64,000 bases of DNA from Rhina ancylostomus (taxonomy: Eukaryota): positions 40,964,895 to 41,028,894 of the forward strand of contig JARFYF010000022.1 in assembly GCA_030265395.1 (NCBI GenBank), read 5' to 3'. Every line of letters starts with the position of its first letter. The first letter of the stretch is position 1. Below the pieces are notes generated by a model, which worked only from the letters and a program-made list of their open reading frames with translations, searched no databases and had not been told where the DNA came from. Positions 13,640 to 26,650 of this stretch are shown piece by piece. The position numbers were made by a program, and so were the translations under genes.

Positions 13640-14440
13640 GACAAATGTAGTTGGCATGCGATCAGTCAATTTATTTGTGAACAAAAGAATTCTTCACTCA
13701 TAAAGTTGACATTCCTCATCAGGGAATCTGCAATCCTTGCTTCAGAGGGAAAATTGAAGCAGGCTCATGCTCATCTATATCGGCTTCAAAGAATCTTCAA
13801 AGAATATGCTTAAAAGACATTTAATTTTTAACAGTTGGATGCAATTTACCAGTAATGAAAGCTGATGACATCATGTCTATGACATTGTGTTCAATCCCAA
13901 TTGACAAGCATGCGTTAAGAACACATGCATGTTCTAACCAAGCTTACGCAGCAGTAAAACCAATTGATGTTGATACAGCAGTTTGCAGTCAAAGTTTAAT
14001 TCCATCAGTGTCCTTTTTTAAGGTTGCTGGAATGTCTGGTTTAATTTTTCTCTTGATGTCGAAGCTTATTTTCTGGTTCAGAGAGCAATAAAGACAATGA
14101 AAAATGCTTCACAAATTTATTTTTAGAAATTAAAACGTTAGATCCACAAGTTGATCTGTTCTCTGCTCCAGGCAATCAATTTCTGAACCTGTTTTCTCCT
14201 CTAATCTCAAAGCATATTGGCTTAAGTTTATTAACAATATAATGATGGAGTGTTCCTCCTTAAATAATGGTTTCTATGGTTTGTCGCGTGCCTCAGTTAG
14301 AGTCTCATTCTGTGAAGCTCTAGCCAAGCTTCCATTTCACTTTCAAAGTGCGAGGAATTTTGAATCTGATGATAATAATAGACCTTTAAAAATTAATCGA
14401 AGATGAAGTGTGATTATCAAAAGCCAAATCTTTCATTAAA
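13640..14440. promoter_or_regulatory. Candidate conserved non-coding element
   Basis: About 800 bp with no recognisable repeat, AT-rich, dense in TAAT, TGACA and CAATTG motifs; no protein-like ORF. Confidence 0.45.
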
Positions 14441-14493
14441 TATCTCTTCCCTACATCATGTATTACTTCTCATTGATTTGCGGAAAGACTCAC

Positions 14494-14667
14494 CTTCTCT
14501 TGCACTGTTACTTGCAGACAAAGAGGAGAAGCGGGAGAGTGATACAGCTAGGAATGAGTAAAGGATATGACCCAGGAGTAATGGGCAGGGATTTAGTGGT
14601 CTGTCAAACTCATCTGATGAGAAGGAACAACTAGGCTGCAAGTGGGCATCCCTGTCAGAACCTGAAT
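14494..14667 (-). other. Candidate spliced exon (174 nt), product unrecognised
   Basis: Acceptor cctgtttatcattttgtag| and consensus donor AAG|GTGAGT; open in phase 1 (DSGSDRDAHLQPSCSF...SNSARE) but matches no family I recognise. Confidence 0.25.
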
Positions 14668-16390
14668 CTACAAAATGATAAACAGGAACGGAACTGCTGT
14701 CTATTAAGGACTCTCCATACCACCTATACCCTCCGGAATGGTCTAAGAATCTCCAGATATTGAAAATTAACCCCCAGGATTCTGCTATGAGAAATCTGAG
14801 AGAAAAATCATAGAGGCATTAATATTGTTATGACAAATATTGAAGATTGGGACAGGGTGTGTGAAAGTTGGCTGCATAAAAAGGTGAAGAAGTATCTAAC
14901 TGGTTAATGAATAGTCTTTTGACTTGCGTTTGGTGGGGGAAGGTGGTAAACTGTGAGGATGGATGGTTTAGGCAGTTGATGGTAGGAATGCAGAGGTGGG
15001 AGGGGTTGCGTAACAAAACATCCACAAATGCATCCAGTTAACAGTTCCAGTACATCTTAAACAAGTTAATTCCCATTCCTAGCCTCAATCCAACCAGCTA
15101 GCTATACACGTGTCCGGGAGAGATTTAATTACATATATTTAGAAGAGAAACAAAAACAGTTTTAAGATCATTTCTCTTGAATGATGAACACTTCAGACAA
15201 CTGGGAGAATGCGGCAGATTAGAAGGGTAAGAATTGAGGAGAAGTTAGTATACACCTCTTTCTTCCAGCTTCTTCTGCCTTGTAATCAGGGAAATATTAT
15301 AATGCTTGTAGAGTGGCGACTTCCATTTATTTATACTGAAGGATTTTCTCAGTATTTTCACTGTGGACAGTAACTAATTACAGAATTGAAATGGATGGCA
15401 TGAGGCTTAACACTAGAAAATAATCAATGCGAATCCATTCAACATGTTCAGCATTCTGCTGAGAAAGAATGTTTAAGTAAGGAACCTTGCTAAATGTTAT
15501 ACTTGAGTACAAAAACCAAATACTGCATAAGTAAAATGCTGCTAAATATGTGAAATACAGAGAATGCTGGAAATNNNNNNNNNNNNNNNNNNNNNNNNNN
15601 NNNNNNNNNNNNNNNNNNNNNNNNNNNNNNNNNNNNNNNNNNNNNNNNNNNNNNNNNNNNNNNNNNNNNNNNNNNNNNNNNNNNNNNNNNNNNNNNNNNN
15701 NNNNNNNNNNNNNNNNNNNNNNNNNNNNNNNNNNNNNNNNNNNNNNNNNNNNNNNNNNNNNNNNNNNNNNNNNNNNNNNNNNNNNNNNNNNNNNNNNNNN
15801 NNNNNNNNNNNNNNNNNNNNNNNNNNNNNNNNNNNNNNNNNNNNNNNNNNNNNNNNNNNNNNNNNNNNNNNNNNNNNNNNNNNNNNNNNNNNNNNNNNNN
15901 NNNNNNNNNNNNNNNNNNNNNNNNNNNNNNNNNNNNNNNNNNNNNNNNNNNNNNNNNNNNNNNNNNNNNNNNNNNNNNNNNNNNNNNNNNNNNNNNNNNN
16001 NNNNNNNNNNNNNNNNNNNNNNNNNNNNNNNNNNNNNNNNNNNNNNNNNNNNNNNNNNNNNNNNNNNNNNNNNNNNNNNNNNNNNNNNNNNNNNNNNNNN
16101 NNNNNNNNNNNNNNNNNNNNNNNNNNNNNNNNNNNNNNNNNNNNNNNNNNNNNNNNNNNNNNNNNNNNNNNNNNNNNNNNNNNNNNNNNNNNNNNNNNNN
16201 NNNNNNNNNNNNNNNNNNNNNNNNNNNNNNNNNNNNNNNNNNNNNNNNNNNNNNNNNNNNNNNNNNNNNNNNNNNNNNNNNNNNNNNNNNNNNNNNNNNN
16301 NNNNNNNNNNNNNNNNNNNNNNNNNNNNNNNNNNNNNNNNNNNNNNNNNNNNNNNNNNNNNNNNNNNNNNNNNNNNNNNNNNNNNNNNNN

Positions 16391-16605
16391 ATAAAATGTT
16401 GGAAATACTTAGGTTGGGCATCATCTGTGGAGAGGAGAATTTGTATTTCAGGTCAATGACCACTCATCAGATTCTGAAGACAGGTTATCAACTGGAAACA
16501 TAATCTCTGTTTCTCTCTCCATAGATGCTAGCCGACCGGCTGATTATTTCCAGCATTTTCAGGTTTTATTTCAGATCGCTAGCATCTGCTGTATTTTGCA
16601 TTTGC
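16391..16605. mobile_element. Penelope-like-derived palindromic mini-element with two hammerhead-like cores
   Basis: Inverted arms (aaaatgttggaaatact...atctgtggagag / ctctccatagatg...atttccagcatttt); CTGATGA..GGTC-att-GACC..GAAA on - (16446-16470) and CTGAAGA..GAAA on + (16474-16498). Confidence 0.6.
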
Positions 16606-19600
16606 ACAATTACTGGCAAAAATTGGCTAGATTACAGTATTTTAAGTAAAGATCAAACAATACTCTTGATTAACAACATCAGTTAGGGGCAAACAGGAGG
16701 TGTTGTTTGGAGGGGTCACCCTCTCCAAAACAATAGTTAATTGATTGGATATGAATTTAATCAAAGATGATCTAAACTGCATTTTGTTCTCTCTCTTCTG
16801 TTTCATAACTTATAAAACTGTGAACCTGACTTTAGCTGATTCCCAAGCATGTTCAGTTTGTAAACAAAGTTCAGTTAATCATTGGTATTGTCTAAAACCT
16901 AATGAAATGTTGTGGTCAGGATATCTCTAGATCCAGGGCAGCACTACATCAATAATTTGGTGAGAAAAATAATAGACGTGGGAGGAAAGAGGCTGTGTCA
17001 TTTAATGTTTTGTTTTATTATAGGATGGTTAATTCAGTCCTGTCCCAGATGATCATTTAATCTCTGCTGTGGGTGTTTCTGTGAACTGACAGGAGCAAGG
17101 AACAGGAAATGGCAAATTAACTGTTTGCAATTTCATCAAGTCACCGTTAGATAGTGACGTTGTGGTCGAGAAAATGTATTTAGTTGGGGNNNNNNNNNNN
17201 NNNNNNNNNNNNNNNNNNNNNNNNNNNNNNNNNNNNNNNNNNNNNNNNNNNNNNNNNNNNNNNNNNNNNNNNNNNNNNNNNNNNNNNNNNNNNNNNNNNN
17301 NNNNNNNNNNNNNNNNNNNNNNNNNNNNNNNNNNNNNNNNNNNNNNNNNNGGAAATTAGGGAATAGATCTAAACCCATAATGCTGAAAAGAACCATCTGG
17401 AAATGCCCCTGTTCTCAGGCAGTGACCTAAATCCAGGAGTTATCCATTGCTGTGCTCTCAGAATGAGTTACCCCATGATTTTGTTTTACACCTATTAAAT
17501 GGGCAAAGACACAGGACTTTGACGTGCATATGTCCAGGACATACTGTGAGTGTGGGGTCTCTTCACATTAAAAAGGATAAGATGACTATTTTTGGGAATA
17601 GTGATAGGATGATAATTCATTGACAGGTATCTGCCATAGTTCTTCTGTGACAACACCATAGCTATTCTGGGAGAGGAAACTGGTGGTTAAAGAAAACGAA
17701 AAGCAATAAATGTTTGACATCAAATTAAATATAAAAAGATGGAGATGCACAGTCAGCACCAGTTAAAGTAGAATATGATGTTTTGGCAGCATGCCATTCA
17801 TCAAACTACCCCATAGACTGATTCTAAGATGAAGTACATTCTTGCTTTTTTTAAACTTCAAAGCCCCTCTGATCTGAACACATAGTTTAGCAGCTTTAGA
17901 GCTAAGCTACATTCTTCATTTTCTTCGCTGCAGTGAATGCTTGAGATGTATGTGCAGGATGGCGGGGAAGTAGTCTGTTCTATCCACTTGGGAGGGAGAG
18001 GAGACAGGATTACACCTAAACCAGAGACCACTTCTCAGAGCTTAGCGCAGGTAGGGGTCTAACCCCTTGGAACAGGCCCTGTCCTCCTTGATTAGTGGAC
18101 TCACAATGTTTCACCTGCATTTTTTGCTGTAATGTTATTTCTGCTGCTCCTGGGGCATTTTGTTCCTTGTTTTGTTATTTCTCTTTTATTTTAAATGTTC
18201 TGCTTCCTGGCTCTCACATTGTTTCACAGTGGTTTGTCCTTTCTAAACATCCGTGTTGTCACAGGCATGATCATTTACGTTACCGTACTTTTTGTTAAAA
18301 CAGCTTGCAGATCACTTAACTCCTTGCTCCCTTTCTGCGACTGCTGGTTTTAACCCCGCTCTTCACTTTTTTTTGTCTTTTTCTAATATCATTAAAGGGC
18401 TCGTTTGACTTAGTCTTCAGTGTGATAAGGAGTACACATTGTAAGTATAATCAACTGCTTTTTTTCCATGAGAAAAGAAGTTACTTAGGTGGACATTTAA
18501 GGAGTATTTTGGGATGTGGTGTGATGGTTCAGGACCACAGTTCTTTTTATGCCACTTTCTATTGAATGACCAGTTGAAAATCCGCTGTATTTTTTTACTT
18601 GAACTCCATTTATTGACTCACAATGTTTGAAACATTGTCCATGGTTCTGACAGTACTGCAGTGTCAATCATGATTCCAACTAAAGAGTTCACGTCCACAT
18701 TTTCCCAACAATTTCCTCCCTTCCTTTCAAATTGAAACCACTTCCCGACTTCCTCTTTAATGCACCAACTTGATATCATTGGATGTTGGATGAAGGTGTT
18801 CAGAAAGAGGCATAAACTTTGCAAACCTGAAATGGATAGAACCACAGTAACCAGCTATAACTGTATCTGGAAGAGTTAAGTGTTCAGCCAGGTGGCCTTG
18901 GCTCATGTGGTAACGAGGTAAAAGTAACAGGTGCTCAGACTCTCCAGAGCTCAGACTTGTGGTGTAAATGAACAAATAGATTTAGCAGCTGGTTTCAATT
19001 TTTATGGTGCAGCTGAGATCTTCACATCCTATTCATGGCGTAGTTAACAAGTAGGTGTGAGGTATCAAGTGCTAATGAGTCACCTTGATGTGATCTCCCA
19101 TTCCCTACGTAGGCAGAGAGGGACATGGATTGGAACAAAGCACTACTCGAAAAGGAGAATGGAATGGGAAGGAATGGCTTAAGTAGTGATTAAACTGGAG
19201 TTGGAAAATGAATGGCTCAGCCGATTGGTAGCGAAAAATAGTTAAAGGAAAGAGAATTAACAGATTGAAGAGAATAAAGATAGAAGGCTGCAGTGCTCAT
19301 GGCATTGGTAAACAAGTATCTGTGAATATTTTCACATACCGTCAAGATGAAGTATAAAGTTCTCAGTCCTCATTGGGTTAAAGGACCAAGTGATTAATAA
19401 AGAGAGTCATGGGCTTCACCTCATTGGCTTCAGTCTCTGATCAGGGATAGTAGTCTGGTCTTTCCAAAGCCAACAATATCCACTCTGCTTCTCAAGGCAC
19501 CTTTCCATGCAACCACAGGAGATGCAGCAACTATCCTTTTACTGTCATGGTTCTGAGTTCTGGCCCTCATTTGGCTCCATTAATGCCTTGTTGTCCAGCA

Positions 19601-20085
19601 CATGGATTCCATGCTNNNNNNNNNNNNNNNNNNNNNNNNNNNNNNNNNNNNNNNNNNNNNNNNNNNNNNNNNNNNNNNNNNNNNNNNNNNNNNNNNNNNN
19701 NNNNNNNNNNNNNNNNNNNNNNNNNNNNNNNNNNNNNNNNNNNNNNNNNNNNNNNNNNNNNNNNNNNNNNNNNNNNNNNNNNNNNNNNNNNNNNNNNNNN
19801 NNNNNNNNNNNNNNNNNNNNNNNNNNNNNNNNNNNNNNNNNNNNNNNNNNNNNNNNNNNNNNNNNNNNNNNNNNNNNNNNNNNNNNNNNNNNNNNNNNNN
19901 NNNNNNNNNNNNNNNNNNNNNNNNNNNNNNNNNNNNNNNNNNNNNNNNNNNNNNNNNNNNNNNNNNNNNNNNNNNNNNNNNNNNNNNNNNNNNNNNNNNN
20001 NNNNNNNNNNNNNNNNNNNNNNNNNNNNNNNNNNNNNNNNNNNNNNNNNNNNNNNNNNNNNNNNNNNNNNNNNNNNNNNNNNNNN

Positions 20086-20160
20086 CCCCGAGGTCAGAAT
20101 TGAACCCAGGTCTCTGGCGCTGTGAGGCAGTGGCTCTGCCAGCTGCGTCACTGTACCATC
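20086..20160 (-). mobile_element. V-SINE head (remainder in gap)
   Basis: gaattgaacccaggtctctggcgctgtgaggcag is the reverse of a tRNA-like head. Confidence 0.75.
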
Positions 20161-20329
20161 CGACCAGACTCAACAATGGATTCTACAACTTCAGAAAATT
20201 GGCCAGTGTTGTTTCTATCCTCCCTCCCCATCTGCTGCTTCACATTCCAGTCAACTTTTTCTAAAGGACTCCTCCCCCAAGACACACCTTTTGTTAGTCA
20301 CCCGCGTTCACCAACCTCTTTCAGCCGCC

Positions 20330-20545
20330 ATCACTATCATTTGTGGCATTCACTCTCTCCAAGTTTCCACACGGATCTTCTTTCTTGTCCCATCTGCCCT
20401 CCCCAACTCCTATCACTGTCTCTGCAATTTAAAACTTGTTTAATTCCCAGTTCTGGCAAAAGGTCATTTTTATTAAAAGTCGTTTGGCTTTTCTCAATGG
20501 ATGCTGAGCTTGTGAGGATTTCCAGTATTTTCTGATTTCATTTTG
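20330..20545. mobile_element. Penelope-like terminal-repeat fragment
   Basis: ctctgcaatttaaaacttgtt...cagttctggcaaaaggtcat...gatgctgagc...tttccagtattttctg, shared with the other copies. Confidence 0.55.
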
Positions 20546-20962
20546 CATCAGGAAATATCCTTCTTGTCCTTTGAAAGGGTTATGCCAACAAGATAATATT
20601 TATTGCTCATCCCTACTTTCTCTGAGAAGTTAGTGAATGATTTTGCCTTGAGGCAATGAAGTTTTTACAGAGGTGATTCAATGAAAAGATTGCAAGGACA
20701 ACAACCCAGCAACAATGAAGAACTGGTAATAGACTTGCTCCTGATTACTATTTAATATCTCTTCTGGAAATAGACTGAGGTTGAGACTGGGTTTAGCCAG
20801 ATTGCTTCCAAACATTTATTAATCAGGTTTATACATCAGTGCTGATTACCAGGGTGAGTTGCTGAGGAACCATTGATGCAGGATAATTAGTCCATCAGGT
20901 ATTGTCATCTTCCGAGGAAGATGGAAGAAAGAACATTAGGGAAGGAACCATATTCTAAAGAT

Positions 20963-21155
20963 TATAAGATAAGATCTCTTTATTAGCCACATGAACATCA
21001 AAACACACAGCGAAATGCATCTTTTTGCGTAGAATGTCCCGGGGGCAGCCCACAAGTGTCGCCACGCTTCCGGCGCCAACATAGCATACTCACAACTTCA
21101 CAACCCGTACGTCTTTGGAATATGGGAGGAAACCGGAGCACCCATGCAGACACAT
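20963..21155 (-). mobile_element. V-SINE, 3' part, with Rex1/Babar-like tail
   Basis: ataagataagatctctttattagccacatg...gaaatgcatc...gggaggaaaccggagcaccc; same as 55428-55712 and 53985-54298. Confidence 0.8.
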
Positions 21156-22937
21156 CACTATTTGAGAAAAATAGCAAGTTTTGAATCTTCACAACTCTTA
21201 TCAAAACACATTTTGGCAGGGGGCTCGGGAGGAAGTGATAAGAGTTTTGGACTTTGCTGCAGGTTTCAACACATGAGGTAAATATGGTGGAGATGGCTTT
21301 GTGTCTCCTTGACTAAAATGCGTTTGTTCTGTGAGATGTTTCGTGATTAGCTTTATATACGTTTTCAGAGTGGGCTGCTATTTGCACATGGAAGCACTGA
21401 AAAGGGTAAAAAACATCATTTCCCTTTACTTATGTAACATTTGTACCAGCTTAAAGGAGATGGCTGTTTCACGGATGAACAAAATCCAGTCCTTGGTGGG
21501 GACACTTTATCTATTGGCACTCCATCATACAGTGTTCCTTCCTTCCTCCTTGATTTTGCTGTCGACCCTCCCTTAACGATAATAAATCCCTGTTTAATAC
21601 TGCTCAAAATTATCTAGAGTATTGCCAAGCCAACAATGATGAAAAACATGATATGCAACATCACTCATCATCTCTGTTTTATAAAATAGTGCCTGGCCAT
21701 GTTTGTATATCAGACTGTCTCTGTCTGATCACTCACTGAGCCAAGATGGGCATGGATTCAGGGACACAGACCCTAAATCCAACCCATTATCATGGCTTAA
21801 ATGGTGCATACATTCCCACATAACCTGAATTACTCAACAACTCCACCAAAAGATATTTGAGATAATGATGAGATAGACATGGCAGATTTGGGTGAGAGGG
21901 TATTCAGTTCAGACTGAACATGCATATATCCGATACAGGTAAATGCACAAAAGGGACCTTCTACTTTCATTAGGCGACGTGCTGAAAGAATTGTCTTGTG
22001 GCTAGCCAGTGACTTCAGTCAGACATATGGAAGCTTTAACACTGAAAAAGTTCCGAGGGTCCTTGACAAATGAACTCTGGGCAAAAGGAGATGACGTTCA
22101 AAGTGTTAACTGACAACTCAGCCAAGAGATGGACTTTTAAGAAAATTTTTAATGGAACAGATGGAAGCAGCAAAGCTCTCTTCTTTCAGGAGAATTCTGT
22201 TCGAATCCAAAGAATTTTCTTCTGTGATGAGTCAACAGTTTGTGGCCTTATTCTCAAACATTAACCACATAATCCAGGCTGACACATTAGTGCTGCTTTG
22301 ACAAAGGAGCTGTCTTGCAGATATATCTTTAAACTGAAGCTCCGTCTGCCCTCTCAGCTTAAATGTACCATCCAAGGGAAACCAAAGGAATTCTTCTGGT
22401 TTCAGCAATTGTCCATCACCCAGCCACTTATAATTATCTCATTACTGCCTTGGTGCCCTCACGTTAACCTTCCTCTGATGATGACAACAATAATAGCTTT
22501 GAAGCATTTTAAAAGTTTCTGTGATTATGCCTTCACTAATTAATCATATTAACCATATTTCCTCATGATACAAAAGGAGGCTATCTCAGCCCATCGAGTC
22601 TATACCAGCTCTCAGAGTAATCCCATTGCCCTCCTAACTTTCCCTGTAACCTCTTCTCCTCACATTCTCATCAACTAACTTAGATTCACCTACTTTCTAG
22701 AGGCAATTTACAGTGGCCAATTAATCTAGGAGTTATGAATGAAACTGAACTGCGGGCAATCTTTAGTGAATATCCTTTTATTGTGGATGCTAGCTAACTG
22801 ACAAAACAGCAGAAGGTAGATGGGGAGAGGAAGAAGACATCCCTGAGGATAATTCTAACACCCGCCTCTGGCATTTAATCGTGTCAAGGGCTTTGAGAGC
22901 ACAGGAAAACAGTTTCTCCAAGGCATTACATCATGAG

Positions 22938-23925
22938 AAGTTCAAGCTCAAGTTCAAGTTTACTGTTAAAGGCGTACATACATACATAGGGTATAAATGC
23001 CATGCAGCAGCATAGGACATTACGAACATGACAAACATAAGTTTACATAAAACATAAATTAACATAACTTACACATGCGCAAAACTAAACAACAAAATAA
23101 ACATAACACCACTAAGTGTAAGGTTGAGAAAGAGCAAAAGTAGTATAGTCTGAGGTAGTGTTCGGGTTTTTCAGGTAGGTTCAAGAACCTGATGACAGTG
23201 GGGACGAAGCTGTTGTTGAACGTTGAGGTGTGGGTCTTCAGGCTCCTGGACTTCCTGCCCGATGGCAGCATCGAGACCATGGCCCAGATAGTGGGGATGG
23301 GGGGAGTGAGTCACCTTCCTGAGACATCACCTTTTGTAGACGTCCTTGATGGTGGACCCCTGATGGAACTGACTGAGACCACCACTCTCTGTAGCTTCTT
23401 ACATTCCTGTGCATTAGAGTTTCAGTATCAGGCCATGATGCAATCAGTCAGAATGTTTTCCACTGTACATTTGTGAAAGTTTGTCAGAGTGTTTGATGAC
23501 GTGCAGAATTTCCTTAAACTTTAAAGAAAGTAGACACTGATGTGCCTTCTTCATGGTTTCATCTATGTGCTGGGGCCAGGATAAGTCCTCAGAGATGTTG
23601 ACACCCAGGAACTTGAACTTGCTCACCCTTTCCACCAGTCTTCAATGAGGACTGGTGCGTGTTTGTCTGACTTCCCCTTCCTAAAGTCCACAATCAGTTC
23701 CTCGGTTTTGCTGACGCTGAGCAGAAGGTTTATGCTGCAACATCACTCAACCAGCTGACCTACCTCACTCTGTACACTGCCTCGTCACCATCCATGATTC
23801 TACCATCAACAGTGGTGTCATCGATGAATTTGTAGATGGTATTGGAGTTTTGCTTAGAAGTACAGCAGGGGGCTAAGCTTGCAGTCCTGAGGTGTGCCTG
23901 TGTTGATGGTCAGTGAGGAGGAGAT
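22938..23925 (-). mobile_element. Rex1/Babar LINE, 3' ~1 kb of RT ORF plus tail
   Basis: ORFs ERVSKFKFLGVNISEDLSWPQHID...KKAHQ and LPSGRKSRSLKTHTSTFNNSFVPTVIRFLN; region reading as KF(I)DDTTVDG near 23810-23830; (ttgaac)n tail. Confidence 0.85.
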
Positions 23926-25324
23926 ATATGTGTTCCAGGTTTTTAATGTACTGATGATACAGGGGTATTGAGATAATAGAAGCATAAATATTGTGGCACT
24001 AAGAGTAATTACTGACAGTTATTCCCAAGATTGGGGAAAAATAGGTAAACAAGTACTTTAGAGACTGAGTAGAAATATGCAGCTTATGTCCCAGGAGTTG
24101 AAGGAAAGGCAATGGTTGACATTTCTGAGGATGCAGAAAGATGTAAAGGCAAATGTTGCATTGATGCACACTGTGCTGGTGACTTTCTCTGAGCATTAGA
24201 TTATAACAAGTTTTATTGACTTATACTTGGAATTGCATTATACAACAGAGTGCTGGAAATATGGATTGAATTAAAGGAAAATGATATGATTTGAAAGTGT
24301 TTGTTATTTCTCATTGTAGCCAGATCCTTAGGTCAGGTGTGCTTTAATACCTTAGCCCAATGTTTTACAGAGGAGTTTGTGAAAATAATCACTATCGCAA
24401 GATCATATTAATACAAAAATATTAGCTTGAAATTAACTGCAACAGTGCACAAGATAGTGTAAATGAGACTGTTGCAATCCCAAGTGGGGAGTTTACATGG
24501 AAATTACTTGGGTTGAACTGATTAGAATCTGGTACACTGGGGACAATAGAAGCAGTGTGGTGTGGTGGCTGACCAAGGGAAAAATCAATTGTGATGTGAT
24601 ACTCCTCAGGCCTGGCATATTTAAAACCAATGTTCAAAGGTTGAACTAATGGGCAAAAACCGGCACAAATTGAAATGATAACTGGTTCGTCTTGAGCATG
24701 TTTTAAATGTGTCTGGTTGCTTCATTAGATGAAACAGTGACCCATTCCCATTAAGGATGTATGAAGTATACAGAAACCAGATGCTTTTAGTCTTCAATTG
24801 CCCAAACTGTTCTATAATCCTCGTGCTATTGGATTGGCTGTTTGGATTGTAATGAGGTGTAAATGGGCACGTTGTGATCAGAGGTATTTACAATGCAGAG
24901 GACTAACAGTCCCAATTACACAAAGAGGAAAGTTTCATTGAGATAGTATCTTAAAGCTCGGGATTGGCAACTTAGTGGAAGTCCAACTAGTGAGGTACAA
25001 GATGTAACAGGAAATAAAGACTGTGCTGTGCTGACAGGAGGTCTTGCTTGCATTGACAGTAAGCTGTTAGATCAGATGCAGCATAGAAATATTTCAAGAT
25101 TTTAAATATCTGCAAGCAGTTGAGGCTGATTGAATTAGATTAATGAGTCTGATTCCATCAGTGACACTGGAAGTGTTAGTTAGATAAAACTAATAGGTGG
25201 AGAAATGAGATACACAGACCATACTGTATATTGATATTGTGCTTTTCACAAACTTGGAGTGTCCCAAAGTGCTTTATAACCAAAGAAATACGTTTAAGGT
25301 GCAATCTCTATTGTACCATATGAA

Positions 25325-25509
25325 TCAAAAAGCAAACTGCTGGAGGAAGTCAGTGGGTCAAGCACCATCTGCGGAGGTAAAGGGAGAGTCCTTGAAGGGT
25401 CCCGATTTGAAGTGTCGACTATCCACGGATGCTTCTCGACCCACTGAGCTCCTCCAGCAGTTTGCTTTTTGCTCAGATAACAGCATCTGGAGTCACCTGT
25501 GTCTCCATC
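25325..25509. mobile_element. Penelope-like-derived hairpin mini-element inserted in a Deu-SINE, with 12-bp TSD
   Basis: Arms caaaaagcaaactgctggag / ctccagcagtttgctttttg (20 bp perfect, ~50 bp imperfect); flanking direct repeat gtaccatatgaa at 25313-25324 and 25510-25521. Confidence 0.75.
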
Positions 25510-25679
25510 GTACCATATGAAACCTGGCAGCCAATTTGTGTACACCAATGTCCCACAAGTGACTTTGTGATTATTGAATGTATTGTAATGACATCAATTG
25601 AGGGATAAAAATTGTACCGAATTTCTCCATAGAACCGTCCCTTTAATTTCCACTAAAGGACTTATGAGGATTAACAATA

Positions 25680-26160
25680 ACAATGTACATTTAGTAAGCA
25701 CCTGTAACATGATGTAACACCCCAAGGTATATAATAGAATTATTATCAAATGAACTGTTGGCAATATTTGATACCAAGAGAGATATGAGGGCAGATGACC
25801 AAAAGATTGGTAAAAGATGGGTTCTAAGGAGTGTCTTAAAGAATGGAAGAAATATTTGGAACGGGAGAGTTTTAGGGAAATCTTTGAGCAAAGGAAGCTG
25901 CAGGCATGATTACTGGTGGTGGAGTGATTAAAATCATGAGAGAAAAAGAGGTAAATACCAGAGATCTAGTAGCCCTCTGGAACTGGAAGAGGTTGCAGGG
26001 GTAGGATAGTTCCATGGAGGAAGTTTCCAATAAGGATGCAGATTTTGAAACTGAGGCATTGTTGGAGAATGAGCCAGTGAAACTCAGCAAGTACAATGGT
26101 AAGAAGTGAGGAAGACTTGAGAAAGAGTTGATGGATAATGGGGAAGCAATGTAGAATTCT
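25680..26160 (-). mobile_element. L2-like LINE 3' fragment
   Basis: gggcagatgaccaaaagattggtaaaaga...ttctaaggagtgtcttaaa...gagccagtg. Confidence 0.65.
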
Positions 26161-26339
26161 GTGGCAAAGACTGTGCATGAGAAGACAACTTGCATTTACA
26201 GGCATTTCTTCCACACAGGTCATCAAAAGCCTCTGTATGCTGCAGAATTAAACCTTAATCTGTCTGAACCATTTAATTTGGTTTAAAACTGAATTTCAAT
26301 CCTGACATGGATATTTTTGTTTTAATTTCAGAGCAGCAG

Positions 26340-26650
26340 ATAGAGGTTATGATAGCAGAGCTCTGCCTCACAGCTCCATGTGACTGGGTTTCCTAGAGTG
26401 CTCTGTTTCCTCCCACATCCCAAAGCTGTGAGCATCGACAGTTAATTGGCCACTCTAAATTGCTCTTAGTATGTAGGTGATAGTAATAGTGGTGATGGAA
26501 TCTGGTGGGGGTGGTGTGGTGGAGTGGATGAGTTTGTGGGGAGAATAAAATGCGATTAGTGTAAATGGGTGCTTGCCGGTTGGCAGAAGTTGATTGGCTT
26601 GTGGGGGCCCGTGTCCTAGCCTGTATCCTTGCTGTGTGACTCTGTAGAAT
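26340..26650 (+). mobile_element. Degenerate V-SINE
   Basis: gggtttcctagagtgctctgtttcctcccacatcccaaag...ttaattggccact...gtaaatgggtgcttg. Confidence 0.7.

Noticed and set aside
15378-20264. Long ORFs full of X
   Set aside because: Artefacts of translating through N gaps.
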